Shown in pieces: positions 35,968 to 50,200 of a stretch of DNA of 64,000 bases. Under the pieces are notes generated by a model. The model had not been told where the DNA came from and made no database searches. It worked only from the letters and a program-made list of their open reading frames with translations. A program made the position numbers and the translations under genes. The stretch's first letter is position 1. Each line of letters opens with the position of its first letter. Location of the stretch: the NCBI GenBank assembly GCA_002633005.1, contig NMRA01000177.1, positions 263,942-327,941 of the forward strand, written 5' to 3'. The DNA is from Phoronis australis. Its lineage: Eukaryota; Animalia; Phoronida.

Positions 35968-37374
35968 TAGGACGGTGCCACTCATGTGTGCTGCTATTGA
36001 CCAATCATGACACAGGTTGCAATCTGGGTTGGAATACCCATCACAATATAGGTGCTTGTACCCATCATGTAGTAGGTTGCTAATTCTTTCATATACAGGT
36101 CCACTGCACATTAAGGGTATGTAGGTCCTTATTGACAAGTTGGTGCATTTAGCTACATATATATTTACAAGACCATGGATTTTAAATCGTTTAAAGTGTA
36201 TATTCTCTGACTTCAGAAAGCCCGTAGTATTTGAATTTTGACTTTTTATCGTGTCTGGAGAGAAATTCAAAAAAGGAAAGGTTCGTTAATACTTAAAACA
36301 ACAATGTTATCAATAATGTGACCAAATTTCACGTGATATAAATGTACAGAATTATATCTCAGAAATGCTGTTGCTATGCAAAAACGGAAGGTTTCGAAAA
36401 CAATTCATGTCAGTGTTTTGGAGAACAGTACATGAGGCATGATATCTGAAAGTTTCGTATGAATCCGAGCAACCATTTCTGAAATACGTTGTTCTGAACT
36501 TGGGTAAATTTGGACATTTTAAGGGTCCTAGGTAACCTTAAAGACCTGTGTCACAGAGTCTCGCTCAAATTGTGCCAGTGTGTATGTAGCTGTCTTATTG
36601 GGGAAAGTCAGGTCGAACGAAACTGCGTTTCATCTCTTCTTACCTAACTCACTAGCTCCTTTTCGCCAGCTCAGTGTGACTTACCATTAGATGCCAATCC
36701 AATTTCTGGGTTGAACACCAGATGGTATACTCCTGATCTGAACTGATCTTTCACATTGTAGGGGAGCTTCATAGTTTAACCCACCTACTTTTAAGAGGAG
36801 TTGTGGTGGCAGTTAGAGACCCAACAGTACCCAAACAGAGGAGTTACAATGTTAGTGCAAAAGTGGCTTTAAATGTGGTGACAATACCAGAGTTGCCTGT
36901 CATTTATCTTTGTGTTCATTTACCAACCACATCAAGCACATAACTTGGCCTTGATAAGCGTTCCAGATCTATTGCACTAAAAAAATTGTGGAATTTTTGA
37001 TTTGAACATTGTCTATCACGAGTGGTATTGTAGGGTGTTTTTAGCATAACAGATGAGACAACGTAATTCAGACTGAATAAACTGTTTGGTGCAAGTAATC
37101 AACCAATTTCACTGTACTTTTGCTTCTGTCAAAGAGGAGCAATATTTTGGAGTCAATTCCATTAATCCTGAAAATTTCTGTTGTCTACTTTTACAAAGCT
37201 GTTATTGATTAGCCGTGTAAACACTCGGTTCCTATTACACAGGCTCACCATGTCCTGTTAGAGTTACTACATTGCACTTAATCCCAAAATTAAATCACAG
37301 TCTACAGGAGGCCCTGAAATGAGTTGACTGCAGTAGACTCGTCTTCGCTCTTCATCCAAAAGACTTAATACAAG

Positions 37375-37783
37375 AAATCCAGTATCTCGGATCTGTTTCA
37401 AAACGTAATTGTATTCAAATCTGGTATCTCGGATCTGTTTCAAAATGTAATTGTATTCAAATCTGGTATCTCGGATCTGTTTCACACTGTATGTATTCAA
37501 ATGCGGTATCTCGTATCTGTTTCAAAATGTAATCGTATTCAAATCTGGTAACTAGGATCTGTTTCAAAATGTAATCGTATTCAAATGCGGTATCTCGGAT
37601 CTGTTTCAAAATGTAATCGTATTCAAATCCGGTATCTCGGATCTTCTTCAAAATGTAATCGTATTCAAATCCGGTATATCGGATCTGTTTCAAAATGTAA
37701 TTGTATTCAAATCCGGTATCTCGGATCTGTTTCAAAATGTATTTGTATTCAAATCCGGTATCTCTTATTTGTTTCAAATTGTA
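37375..37783. repeat. 42-bp minisatellite, ~10 copies, downstream of the RASA1 stop
   Basis: aaatc(t/c)ggtatctcggatctgtttcaaaatgtaat(t/c)gtattc repeated with no spacers. Confidence 0.95.
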
Positions 37784-39991
37784 ATCACTATGACGTACAA
37801 ATATCTTTCTTTCTCTGTGCAGGTACTAAGGCTTTTGTTTTTAAGTTTACCTCAGTTAAATGTTCACCATTTGCCTTCGCGTTAAACGTTAAACGCATTT
37901 GTCTGTGTTGATGGCTTCCAGCTTTTTACTGGAGAAACCCATAAATCAAGGGAGGGTGTCAAAACAATTACTTTCAGAATTGGAGTGTGACTTCTTAGTG
38001 CGCATACGTTGCCTATTTTATGCGAAAAAGTAAAACAAATCTTCGGTGGAATATAAAAATGGAATATTCGCGTGTAAACTAATTGGTTCCGTTTTGGGTG
38101 CTGAAATTAGTGGTAAATGGGCATTTGCAGACATCTGTAATTGTAAACCAGTCTTCCGTAAAAATAACGCGACTAATTGCGATCGCTCTTTATCGATAAT
38201 CTAGCTGATCAGTTCACCTCTTGGGTTTTCTTCGGTCATTCCATCGTCCAGAGCTCAGCATGGATTGGACGGCGTAGCTGAGCTGGAATGAAACCATTGA
38301 ATCATCTCAAACTGACTGATCAGTTTCCCACAATCCTTTGTCCATATGACGTCGCACACTGTCCCTAGTAAGGTTAATGAAGTGCTCTTTAGTCAGACAA
38401 CCTTGCCTTTAATGAGCCTGTGTTAAGGGTGCAAAGACATGATAGTGGGTATTATTTGATCAAGGCTTCGCAGTTGGTAAGGAATTGCTGCTTCATATTA
38501 GGCCTGGTTTACAGGGAAGTATGTCCTGGTAGTAACCACCGTGAATTTGGTGTTCGTTCTTCTGTTTTCAATTTTATGAGTACAACTGGGACTGACAAAA
38601 AGAGTGTTTGTGAGGACATAGCCCTTTGATTTACTCCTTGCCTAAAGCTAAGGCATTGTATATTTGTCTGGTTAAAATTTGATAGGCATTGTTTGCTTTA
38701 GTTCCATGAAGTATTGTTTAAAATCATCCAGACTAATATAATGTGAGTTTGTAGCAGTTGTTTTTGAATGGAAAGTGCCATATATAATATATATTTGATA
38801 ACTTTGCGAAGTGGTGCGACTTGTGCAAGATTTTTTGCATTGATTTGATTGTGATTTAACATTTAACAAACTTTTCTATTGTCCAGTCATGTAATGTTTA
38901 CTGCCAAGGTATATAATCTTCATATTTGTAGCATGAACAGTGAAAAGTGCACACAAAGCTCTCATTGCCAAATTAATTCTATTCCTAATTCTATTTAAGG
39001 GGTTGGAAACGATTCCATTGCTGCATCTCTGAATTCCAGTTCTGTTCCTCTAAACCATAGTTCCGACTAGTAAACATCAAACCTGTGGTAGGAATCTCTG
39101 ATTCTCCAAATATACACTATTGCTTGTTGATCAAACCTCATACAGTGGCCTAGATTCCTCACTCAGACTGATTCCTTTCACTGCTCTTTGGTCCTCCATT
39201 ATGGAGTTTGATTACTGGGTATTGAGCATTTTCTTTTGTGGGGTTACACATGTGCGCACCCAGGGGGGGGCTTGTAGCCCCCCTCCCCCCATTTGGCAAA
39301 GTGGGCAAAAAGGTCCGCCTCAGATAAAGGAAAAGTCCGAGCAAACGAGACAAAAGTCCACTAAAATGGCACAGACGCACAGTTCACAGCTCTGAAGGTG
39401 GTACCCCGTTTTTAGTCCTCTTGCTTTTTTGTCAGCAAACGGTCCACATCGGCAGAAATTCGACCACTCCCATGTTAAGGGCTGGGTGCGCGCATGTTAC
39501 AGTCGCAAGTTTGGGATTTGTGCCTCTAGATTCGTATTTGCTGGTCCAGGACTGCCGTTTAGGGAATCATAGCTGAAGTTGTGAGGCACTTACATGGAAT
39601 CTTTTGCAACCCCTAAGCATTTGTATATGCCATTGGGCTATATACCCATGTCTTGAATCCCACTTGTAAAATTGCCAACTTAGTCATGATGTAAAGCAGA
39701 AAAATCTCGTTGCTTATCTTTGGTTATGTAGCTTGCCTATGTTCTCTTCTTCCACCTTTTCCCCAGTTTGTACTTTCTGTTTGTGGAGGAGGATAGTTTT
39801 GCTTCCTGTCTATTTTTTGAGGGAGGTGTTGTTTACGCACCTTACCAAAGTCAATGTAATATTTCATTATATTTTGTCGCACACGGCAGTTTTCATCTTA
39901 CCCTCCTGTCATTACCGAAACTATACTTTTCTGTAGTAAATTGCTTTTTGTATACTGTACAACACATGTTATGTTTAATATAATTGTTATC

Positions 39992-39997
39992 AATAAA
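39992..39997 (+). terminator. Candidate polyadenylation signal for a long RASA1 3' UTR
   Basis: AATAAA following tgtatactgtac and followed by a T-rich tract; no transcript evidence. Confidence 0.3.
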
Positions 39998-41990
39998 ATC
40001 TATTGTTAAGTCATTGTATTTTATATTCATTAACTTGCTACTATGGAAACGTGCGTGAGCATGGAGGTCTCGAGCTATGCTCGGTCTGTCTTGAGAAGTT
40101 TTGCTTAACTACAACTGATGGTATTGTTCATGTTGTGTTTTTGTTTGAATCCGTTCTTTTTAAGACAGGTTGAGCTTATTGGCCAATATGTTCAAAAACT
40201 CATGAGCGTCCATTCGCTGCTGCAGCGGACTGAGCTCGTCCAGTAAACAGTTTCCGATTTATCACTTTATGGGGGCTCTGGGCATTTTCTTTTGGGCCTT
40301 TTCCTGCACCGACGAAGCTTGTCGTATACGTGAAGGAGGATTACAGTCTGTTACCGTTGTTTACCGTGAATAAGCCCTCGGATTTCCCATCGAAACATAC
40401 CTTGAGTGTTTGTATTTGCGTGAAGACGTAACAGAAACTTCATTTGCCCTGTTTCACAAAAATGAACTGCGAAGATTAATGTAACCTTTCAATCGCAAAC
40501 TCGTCCCTTCTCTTGGTCGTTATTGCGATTAGATTTAGTCAACTATCACAGTAGTGTCTATGTGAGCATTGTGCTTTAGGACTGAATGTTTTCGCGGTGG
40601 CTGTGTCAAATGTTCAGTGTGGTGGGCTTAAACCTGAACATCGCTGAACTTTGCCCTGAAAAATGAACTCCAAATTAATGTTTCAGTAAGGCCAAAAACC
40701 ATAGTTGGTTCTGGTTTGTGTTTTTTTGAAAATCTAATTCGTGGTGCGATATTTTTAATAGAAAAAAAAATCCACTTGAGTCGAACGAACTGAATGATAC
40801 AACATTTTTTACTCACCAGCTAACCGTATCGTTTCAAACCTTTGGTGCCTTTGTACAACGGTTCAAGAAGTCACCTTGGCTGCCAAATGCGGTTTCCACA
40901 CTGCCCAGAGGTTACACACAAGAAGAGATACGAGGCTTCTCGTACTGTACATTCGGGAGCTTTTATGTCGCTTACCAAGATCTGACTGCGTACTTGGTCC
41001 ACATTTTTTCGCCCTCACCTGACCGGAAATGTAATTGTAGAATTTCCAAAAATTTGTCCTTTGATGAAAAAATACCCATTGCAAGCACACGTCATTATTT
41101 GGCTAAAAAGGCCGCGTAGAGTATTGAAAGTAAAATTCAGTCGAACAGTCCAGTCTCGGTGCCGGGTATACAGACCGGGAGTATGTGGAGTACCGTCCGG
41201 TGGGACCTATAGTTATAGGCCGTGACGATTAGGACATAAACTACTCTGTGCCTTCAGTCAAATATCTAAAATAACTACAGAAATTCACTGGAGAAAAGAG
41301 TATAATTATTTTCTGAAAGTACGAATCCTGTAGACTTTGATTTTTAACTAATCTGTCGTTGACTGGGTCATGTGACCGCGTCTTTTTATTACAGTAGCAA
41401 AAAACAAAGATTCCAATTACATGACCAAATTTCATTTGATACAGATGCTCAGGATGACACCTCAAGAACGCTGTTTGTATCGTTGCATTTTCATTATATG
41501 CAATTTTTATTTTTTTCACATTCGGAAAGGCCCATTTTCCATCATAGCTCCTCTTGCAAAAGTGCCAACATCTGAAAAGAATCCCTAACAGTGTTTTGGA
41601 GAGTAGTGTATAAGCAATTAGAGTCTGGAAATTTGATGGGAATCCAGCCAGTCATTTCTCAGAAACAATATGCTAAATTTGGACATTTTAGGTTCCTGAT
41701 GTATAACTTTAGAATGATCAGGTGCTCCAGTTTTTGGGACTGCTGGTTTAATTACGAAAAGGAAATAGGTAATTTCTTAACACCAACGCCTTGAAAGTTA
41801 AGTCAATTCCATGTACTGGCTTGTCTGGAAGGGCATCTTTTGCCACATCGGGACCTTTTTAGCGTTTCGCATATCTGCGGAATGACACAGATCCTGAAAT
41901 CGACGTGGAATGACGAGGCACATTTATTTACACCAATTAACATGAATTTTCTAGCGTAAGAATCCTGACGGGCGTATGCAGCAACAGTGA

Positions 41991-42405
41991 GCCCGTTTGC
42001 ATGAAAATGAGTCCCATATGGGACTCGACTAAGTTCTCTAAATCTACCGCGTATTTGTGGGCTTGTGAAAACAAGGATTGTCCTTTCTTATACTGTTAGA
42101 AACTCATTATTAAGCAAGAGTTTAGCTTTGATACAAACCGTCAGAGTGAACTCTACGTTGAATTATCAGTATTAATGAAAATAAGTAGAGATCATTTCAC
42201 ACAACGCCCCTAATTTAAAGACGAAGTCCCTAATAATTACGACTCAATTAAGGGTTCAGTTTTTAGTTATATCATATGACTAATGACATTTTCTAAAAAT
42301 ATGATAGAAAAATATACCGACTGTGAGTGAAGAACGATACAAATACACAAAGGATTTAGAGAACTTAGTTGAGTCCCTATTTGGGACTGTTTCATGCAAT
42401 CGGGC
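41991..42405. mobile_element. MITE with ~55-bp TIRs (PIF/Harbinger-like)
   Basis: gcccgtttgcatgaaa...gggactcgactaagttctctaaatc is inverted as gatttagagaacttagttgagtccc...tttcatgcaatcgggc. Confidence 0.7.
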
Positions 42406-43086
42406 ACAGATCATTTTTGTGATGAATTCTAGGGAATTTCAGTGCTAGTATAGGCCTCTTTTTGATCGTCTCTTATGAGCGGATTTTACTGCAACTAAAA
42501 AAAATTGATTTTAAATTGATTTCTAGCATGTCCGAAGGAAATTTTGTCATTATTGCTTCATTTGAGTGTTCTAGGGTTGACTCTCGTTTCGTTGAGAGGA
42601 AAATAAAGCTTGTCCTATCAATGACTTTTTATCCCTCGGCTTTCTTCTACAAATTAACACTGATGTTCAGACCGTGAGCGAAAAAAATTCAGCAGTGACA
42701 TGGCAAGGATTAGGCCTATAGCCACCGGGGTGTCCCCGTCGCCATTATGATTTCTTGTCGTGTCGTTCGTAACTACTACTGTGTTCCAGTTTTACGCCCA
42801 TCCACCTATTTCGAGCATCCCTTCTCCAGTTTCCATCACTCCCTTTGGTGAGGGTCGCCGGAATGGTCAGGCCTACCCACGTCCGATAGGTTACGCCACT
42901 GAATGAAATATTTGTGGCACTCTTGTAACCATTGCTCCGTGACACTTGAAAACGACAATCTTTGTGACATTTTATTTTGTACTTACATAACTGTGTTTAT
43001 GGTACCTCTTCTGCGGCCATTGGCCCAAGTTCCAGCCACAAACACAATTTCTAGTGCCTGTGATTTTGCCAGGAATCGTTCTGAAA

Positions 43087-43182
43087 CCAATCACCTCTCA
43101 CCTCTTGCTTGTTCATGACGTCACATCTATCATGGCCGCCAAAACTTGGAGTATGGATTGTCGACCTCAGTGTAAATAAAAG
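43087..43182 (+). promoter_or_regulatory. Putative promoter and first exon of a third gene
   Basis: CCAAT (43087), perfect CRE TGACGTCA (43116-43123), YY1-like ATGGCCGCC (43132), then a good donor AAG|gtaaat at 43182/43183. Confidence 0.4.
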
Positions 43183-44673
43183 GTAAATGTTTCATTTCAG
43201 GGTTTACAGCTATACTGCTTGATTACTAACTGAAACCTTGTCGTTCTTTTACACAATATTGCATCGTAAATAAATTTGCAACTTTGTAGTTTTTCTGTAA
43301 TTATCGTTAGTTTTTACTCAAGTCTGATCAATTTTCTCCGTTCTCGTGATTTCGATGGTCCCACCTGTTGATGAGATTGTCAGTCGATTCAAGGACGAGT
43401 TAAAAGTTCACCTTATCATCAAGGTACAAATAACTCATCGCTTCTTGCTTCGTCATCACCTGTGACGATCCGGTTTGAATTACACTCCGTTTTGCTTCAA
43501 ATGAATTTAACAGTATGTTAGAAACCAGTTCGAGAACTATTTTTCACAAGTAAAATCAGGCGAAGGTGCCACGGTAAATACTAGGTTTCCCCTGGTAGCC
43601 TGGGAGTCCTAAATAAGTTTTCCTGTAAGCAGAAGTCCTCTGAATTACTCCTTTATGGAGAATAATGCATAAGTAACATAAGTAAATGGGTGTTATTCTT
43701 TGTTATTTACTTATGTAAGGGTGAGGTCAAAGATTAACACCCAAAATTATTGCTAATTTTTGCATTTCAGAGGTTCTTGAGTGATCTAATAGTAACCAGG
43801 GTAATCTTGGTCAGAGCTGTGTGTTCGTTATTTTTCAATTTATATTTTAACTTATTGCTAATTTGATGCAAAAACAAATTACTGCAATATGTGATAAAAG
43901 GGTATGAGATCTTCTCAATCATACTGAGTTACTCAAATGAAAATTTTGTCACATATTCTTAAATGAAAAAAAAAATTACTCGGGGGAAATGTACTTACTG
44001 CGAAAACTGGCACGTCTTGATCTAGCCTGTATACCAGAGAATGTTCTGCAAATTATGCTTAACTCTGGCTACATTATAAAAGTTGTGTCATTGTTTGACC
44101 CATTGTGAGTGTAGATGGACACCTTTGAAGCCAGTTGGGGGTATTTAAATCCTTCCAAATCGAACAAATACTCCCACAATCCACATTTTTTCTGAATAAT
44201 CCTTCATTCTGCCAACAAAATCGTGAAGTGAGCCATCTCCGTTCTGATAGCATCTCTGCACATGTCTATTGCGTGTAATTTTTTTAATCAGTGATGTCAA
44301 CTTCTGTGTCTTTGGGAGTGAGCCAATGACAAATACACTACACTGGTGATCCGCATGAGTTTGCTGGTACTCAAACCTTGGACACCAGGTCCACTCCACT
44401 CATACCTGGGTAAATTAGCACCGTTTACGTATGAAGAGACATGATTAACTAATGAAATCTCCGCCATTACCTTCCGGTTGGATTTGTGTTGATATTCAGG
44501 AGACTTGGTGGACCATGTGAAAGATACACAGCATTTATACCGCATTCAGTCTAACTATTGCGTTGCCACCTGGAGGTGTTTATGGACAACAACTGAGATA
44601 GCTTGAATGTGATGTCGTGGCATTCATCCACACACCCTCTCAAACACCTCTCTGGTCTTGGTTTTTTAATGCT

Positions 44674-44720
44674 ATTATTATTATTATTATTATTGTTATT
44701 ATTATTATTGTTATTATTAT
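44674..44720. repeat. (TTA)n microsatellite
   Basis: Imperfect tta/ttg run. Confidence 0.92.
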
Positions 44721-45979
44721 CAATATTTTATTTTGCAACTGATAATGATACATGTTTGCTACTCTATCATGGAAGTTCAAATTTAAGAGTTACTGGACAT
44801 TGTAACACACATACACATATACATAAACAATTAACATAAACAAATTATGTAATACTTTTGTCTTGACAATACATTTTTCAAACCAGGTATGGTTTGTTCA
44901 TAGTGGTCTATGTAGTAAGAGGCCTTACTCACTGTGGTCTGGTGATATTTGAACCCGAGGGAACACTACTTTGGCAATGAATTCCACTTCCATCCAGCTG
45001 TCATGATGATGAATTTCGGGTCGTTTTGGCCGAATGATTTTGGCTTTTACTGAAGGTCACACACAGTGCAGAACAGGCAGAGCCGAATGGTTTAAAATAT
45101 GACCCTATTATGTTCCACAATGTCAAAAGCTTGATTTCTTATATGACTTCTATATGTGAAGAAGCCAGTTTTTATTAAGCACGTTTACTTAATTCATGAC
45201 TAATCTATTGGCAGACCTTCAACATTAGTTGATTTCTATTTCATTCCCAGACGCTTTTCGGTATATCCGTGTCATTATGCTTTTAGTTTTCATCTCATAA
45301 TAAATAGTCTAAAACAAGATAGATTTACAAATGTTATAAAAAATGTATATTTGTAGTCCTGGTTACGGTTTTATCAAAGGTCGCAAGTCTGGTCATAGCT
45401 ATGATGGTGGTTGGCGCATTTCTGGGCAATAGTCGCGGGATCCCCAGGTGTTGAGAACCATTTTTTTGCCTGTTACGGTATTTAGTAGAGGAAACTGGTT
45501 CTCAAAATGCAGTGCCCCTGTAAGTGACTATCATGCATTTTTGTGAGGGTGACACTGCCTTTGTGCGTGAGCAAAATGACTGACGCTACAAACATAAATG
45601 CGATCGAAGTAGTGCCCTCCTTCATAAACTCTTTATGAATCGTTCGCCAAAAAAAAACGTTTTAGTGAAGACCAGACTGATCTTAAACAGGAACTCTTGT
45701 TTACTAGCAAATCCGTAATTAACCAAAATATTGGTGATGATTTTCCAGTCATCACTTTGGAATGAACTTTTTACAGCCTACACTTTCTGTTTCCATTTCA
45801 AAAAATATGAATGTCAAAACCAGCTAAGCCAGGCACAATTGGAAATTCTCATAAACAACAAAAGATTAGAGTTGTCTGTTAACTTATTAATTCTGTCTTG
45901 ATGCATGTAGAAACAGTCGAACCGATTTTTGCATTTCGCTATGAGGAAATACAATTATTATATTTTAAAATTTTCTTAA

Positions 45980-47240
45980 AGGCGAAGGCAACCTTTTTTC
46001 ATGTCACTTTTAGCAAAAATAAGGTTCGTTGATTATCCCAGACACATTTTTCACTTAATTACAGCTTTTTGTAATTTGATTAATTTCTCATCCTCTACTC
46101 CGGTCTCCGGAAGTGATGTTTTCGGAGGCAAGAGTTTTGCGCCAATTTCTTTTCATTATAGTCTGACTATGAGAGCTGTCGCGTCAGTCGTTCAACCTCG
46201 GTTGTGATAAGTTTGGTCGTTGTTTGCTTTTGTTTACTAGTCAGTCAACATGCCACGCTGTTGCTGCGTGCCGGGATGTACTCATTATCGTCTCTCGCGC
46301 TTTGGGAACCTTGCGTCGCTTTCCGAAGGATGACGCACTTCGCCGTACTTGGCTAGCTCGTTCATGTGAAGAACGCAGCGCTACCCGTCCACGCAACGTA
46401 CAAAGCAGTGGAGGGTTACCGAGGGTGGCAAGCATTTTCTGTTGTCAGATTACGACAGAGATATGTACGCTGAATTGATGAAGGTCTCTGCAAAACAACG
46501 CCTGAAGAAGGGTACCATACCGTCGCTGTTGATTCCCGGCAGTGCCCCGTACGTTTTTGAAGCGAGAAGCCTCGCGAGCTGTGGCCTCTATATACAGTGA
46601 CTGGAGGCACTTCCTCTGCTGTCACCCGTGCCTCCGAACGTACCCCATTGCGTGCAATTCCGGTAACAAGCAGTGATTCACCCTATGCTGTTGTCTCTAG
46701 CCCAGAGCCAGTAAGCAGCCCTGCAGCGATTTTGAGTAGTGGGAGTGAATACAGGCCCAGTTCGACACCCAGTGAATAGGACAGCTCGTCATCCAATATA
46801 CAGATCGGTGAGCCTAAGTTTGATAAGTTTATTGTGGACTTGTATGGAGCTATTTAGAAGGTGCCAGGTCTGTGGCGAGGGAGTCACACGGCGGAATGTA
46901 AGAAGTTTGGGTGCTCAGATCTCCCTCCAGTGGGAGTGTGTCGCGGGACACTCAGGCAAGTGGGACAGTTCTTCCTCTGTACGTGAGACGATAATAAGTA
47001 CACCCCAGTACGCAGCAACAGTGTGGGATGTTGACTGACTCGTAAGCAAAAGCAATCGACGACCGGACTTACCACAACTGAGGTAGAACAATGACTGACT
47101 CGACTGCTCTCACAGTCAGACTATATAAAAAGAAATTGGCGCAAAATTCTTGCCTCATTAAATAAGTGGAAAATATATCTGGGATAATCAACGAACCTTA
47201 TTTTTGCTAAAAATGACATGAAAAAAGGTTGCCTTCGCCT
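45980..47240 (+). mobile_element. Kolobok-type element with long inverted termini and a truncated THAP-transposase pseudogene
   Basis: TTAA|aggcgaaggcaacc...ggttgccttcgcct termini. From ATG 46250, frameshifted MPRCCCVPGC / RRFPKDDALRRTW / KHFLLSDY...RLKKGTIPSL (THAP), then MELFRRCQVCG...WECVAGHSGKWDS (Kolobok-like zinc ribbon). Confidence 0.85.
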
Positions 47241-50200
47241 ACATTTTTTTGCTTGAAAATGGAAAGTTGTGTTGTCTAGAGATGCATTGTCTCTGTTTGT
47301 GTTGGGGACGTCCATTTGCCTTCATGGATTATGTGTAGGGGCTGCACTGACCGTTGTCCTCTCTGAGGAATGACCCCGATAACCAGTGACCTGTGTTCTA
47401 ATTCTGCCTCAGATTTTGCATAAATTAGCTTCAGTGTATTTATTCAGAGGTGGCCTGTTTGTTAGAGAGATTATCCTAGAATTACCAAGTCAACATGCAG
47501 TATTGATCTTGTGCTCATGGACAGGATATGTTCTGGATCTCTGATGCAAAGGTGTGCATGCGTAGGTGTATGCTTGTGTGTGAGTTGTTTTGAATATTCA
47601 TCACTTTTCTCGCGTTGTTTTGTTGACACTTCAGTTTTGAGCTGTGGTTGGTTTTTAATTTCTTGTAGTCGTGGGAAAGTTGGCTCTGTCATTCTTTGTG
47701 TGTTTTTGTGTCTGCAAAAATTCTTCCATCATTTCGTCCAAAAGTATTAACCAGAGTTGCCATTTTTCGCTCGTTCTTCCGTAGACTACGCACCGTAGTA
47801 CACAACTGTACTGTTGTTTTATGACTACCCACAAGCCTTGCCACTAATGGAATAAAAAGTTCTTAATAATCTTTTTGTTGAGATATTGGTCGTAATAGAA
47901 TTTCTCATTGTGAAGAACTTCTGTATGTGCATTGCTTATGTGTGCTAACGAGTATTTACATGTCGTAAAGTGCATGCTTTTCTTTTCCCCACACGGACAC
48001 TGTGTTGTTCTTTGTGGTAAATCCTGTGGCCTATTCCCAAGGTACACTTTTTCCCAGCGCCATCTCTGAAGTAGACTAAGCTATAGAATGAAGTGACCCA
48101 AAGTTATCATTGGGTTATTAAAGTTATTACACTTGTTCTGAAAATGAATAAAGTGCTCACAGTGGTAGAATAACAGATATTTGAGTCAATTGTTATCGAA
48201 TGATTACTCATGCAGTTATTGGCACTGCCACCTGCCGATAACTGTTTCCCACCGTGTGGAAACATCGATGGCCTTCTGTTGAATCCTTCTGTAGGCTAAT
48301 ATTACGGTATATTAAAACGTGCATGAGTCAGAAGACTTCAAGTTTCCTTCAGTAAAATGTTGGAGAGTATGAGGATTTTTTTGTCTGAACTGATCTATTG
48401 TTACTAATAAGTGAGTTTCGTACGTTTAATTGGGAGCTAAAATTCTGATGAGATGGGGTTCACAGAGAAACATACCCGTATGTAATGAAGTCTCAGCGTA
48501 TAAACTGGAGGTGGATGGGCATGTTTGTTTAAAATTGAAAATTTCTAAATTTTGTGTGTGGGAATTAAGCCTAGCATGAGGATTACCATAACTCCAAGTT
48601 ACACTCTGTGAAACATTGACAAGTCAAGGTTGGCCCAAAGGCCTTGTACACATTGTTGAGCTTGTCAATATCATTTTACACTAAAAGATTAAGGTGGTAA
48701 TTATTTGTCATGTAAAGCAGAAAAAGTTCAATATGATTGTCTGAGCTTTTCAAACTCGGATCAAGATTTCAAAACCTCTGAGCTTTTCAAACATGGTGCA
48801 GCAAACTGGATGTTTGCCGGTGTTGGTGAACACTGCTGGGTGCTGACATTGCTCTGAGGTCATTTCATGCTTGTGACCCTAGATGGAGCTGTTTATTATA
48901 GGCATCAGTATTTGTTTAATTACCCTGTGTGTGTAGGTATGGGGGGGGGGCTGTTTCATTAAAATGTTGTTACATCACCATGTTTTTTACATACAGGCTG
49001 AAAGACCTACTCCAAAACGTTCTATCGTACTAGTGGTTACTAGTCCCTGTGTTAAGTTGTAAAGTTACAGCGCTTTAGTGAAACAGACCTATGCAACTTA
49101 TGATCTTTTTCATGAAAATCTCGGAAGTCCTAATTTTGATAACCCTCACCCAAACTGAAACATATTAGAACCAATTCCATTTAAAGAAGACTGCATTTCG
49201 TATGACATCTGAAAGTCTCACATGAACCCTATTAGCCATTTCTGAGTTACATTGTTCCAATATTTTTGTCCTACTCCAAAATAACCGTAAAATAAGCGTG
49301 GAGCATTGCCTGGGGAAAACTACTTGTGTGACCATTCAACAAAAGGCAAGGAATAGCAGGTCGTTGGCCTGCTCCGTCTAGAGGTCCTGGGAACTCTTTT
49401 AATTACATACTTAAAACTCCCTGGTTTGTAAGCTCTGGTTTATACAGCTCAATTGACCGATTCATATATCCGTTGAGTTGTGCCGCCCATGAGAGCCTGC
49501 AGGAAACTAGTCATACTGGAGTTCAGTTTCATGCTTTGATATGATCAGTGTACACTTATTTCCCTAAAGCGTTCCTACACACGAGTGCAACCTAGTATTT
49601 CTTCCAATACAAAACACACCCAGTTCTGCCATATTAACATGCGCACTCCTGTTTTTTCCTGATAAGCACCTGGTGCTGCTAAAAACTACGGTAGGGCTTT
49701 TATACGGTCGCACAGGACTGACGGGAGCATGCTTGCCTTACAATAAGAGGGCCAGATATTCAAGCAGGTTTCAGAATGTTGGAGGCTAAATACAGTGGTG
49801 TCTTTGTACATGTTCGTGGTATTTTTAAATGGTGAGCACTATTTTACATGATTAAAATATGTATCGAGTGGAATTGATTTTTTGCTTCAATGGCTAGGTG
49901 CGCCGCTGCAAACTTGCTCTGCTGTAGTTTAGAATTATTATTATCTTGATGTGTTGACTCTTTCTGATGGGTATCTGGTGTGTGAGTGTTGAAACGATGC
50001 CAAATTGTTTTCATAGCATTAATTTGTTGACGTATCTCTTTCTGTTACTTAATGTTAAGGCTGAATTTCAAAACTCATCATTTGGGCCATTTGGGTGCGC
50101 TTGATTGTCAAGATCGGGCTGTTGACATTTGTTTCGCGGTGGCACCTTACCCGCGAGACCGATATAGCCCCACAGAGAGTGCAGGTTGGGGCGTCATTGC

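Noticed and set aside
37267-37911. Repetitive ORFs (KQIRDTGFEYNYIL)n and a CRISPR-like appearance
   Set aside because: Head-to-tail 42-bp minisatellite with no unique spacers, no cas genes and a eukaryotic context.
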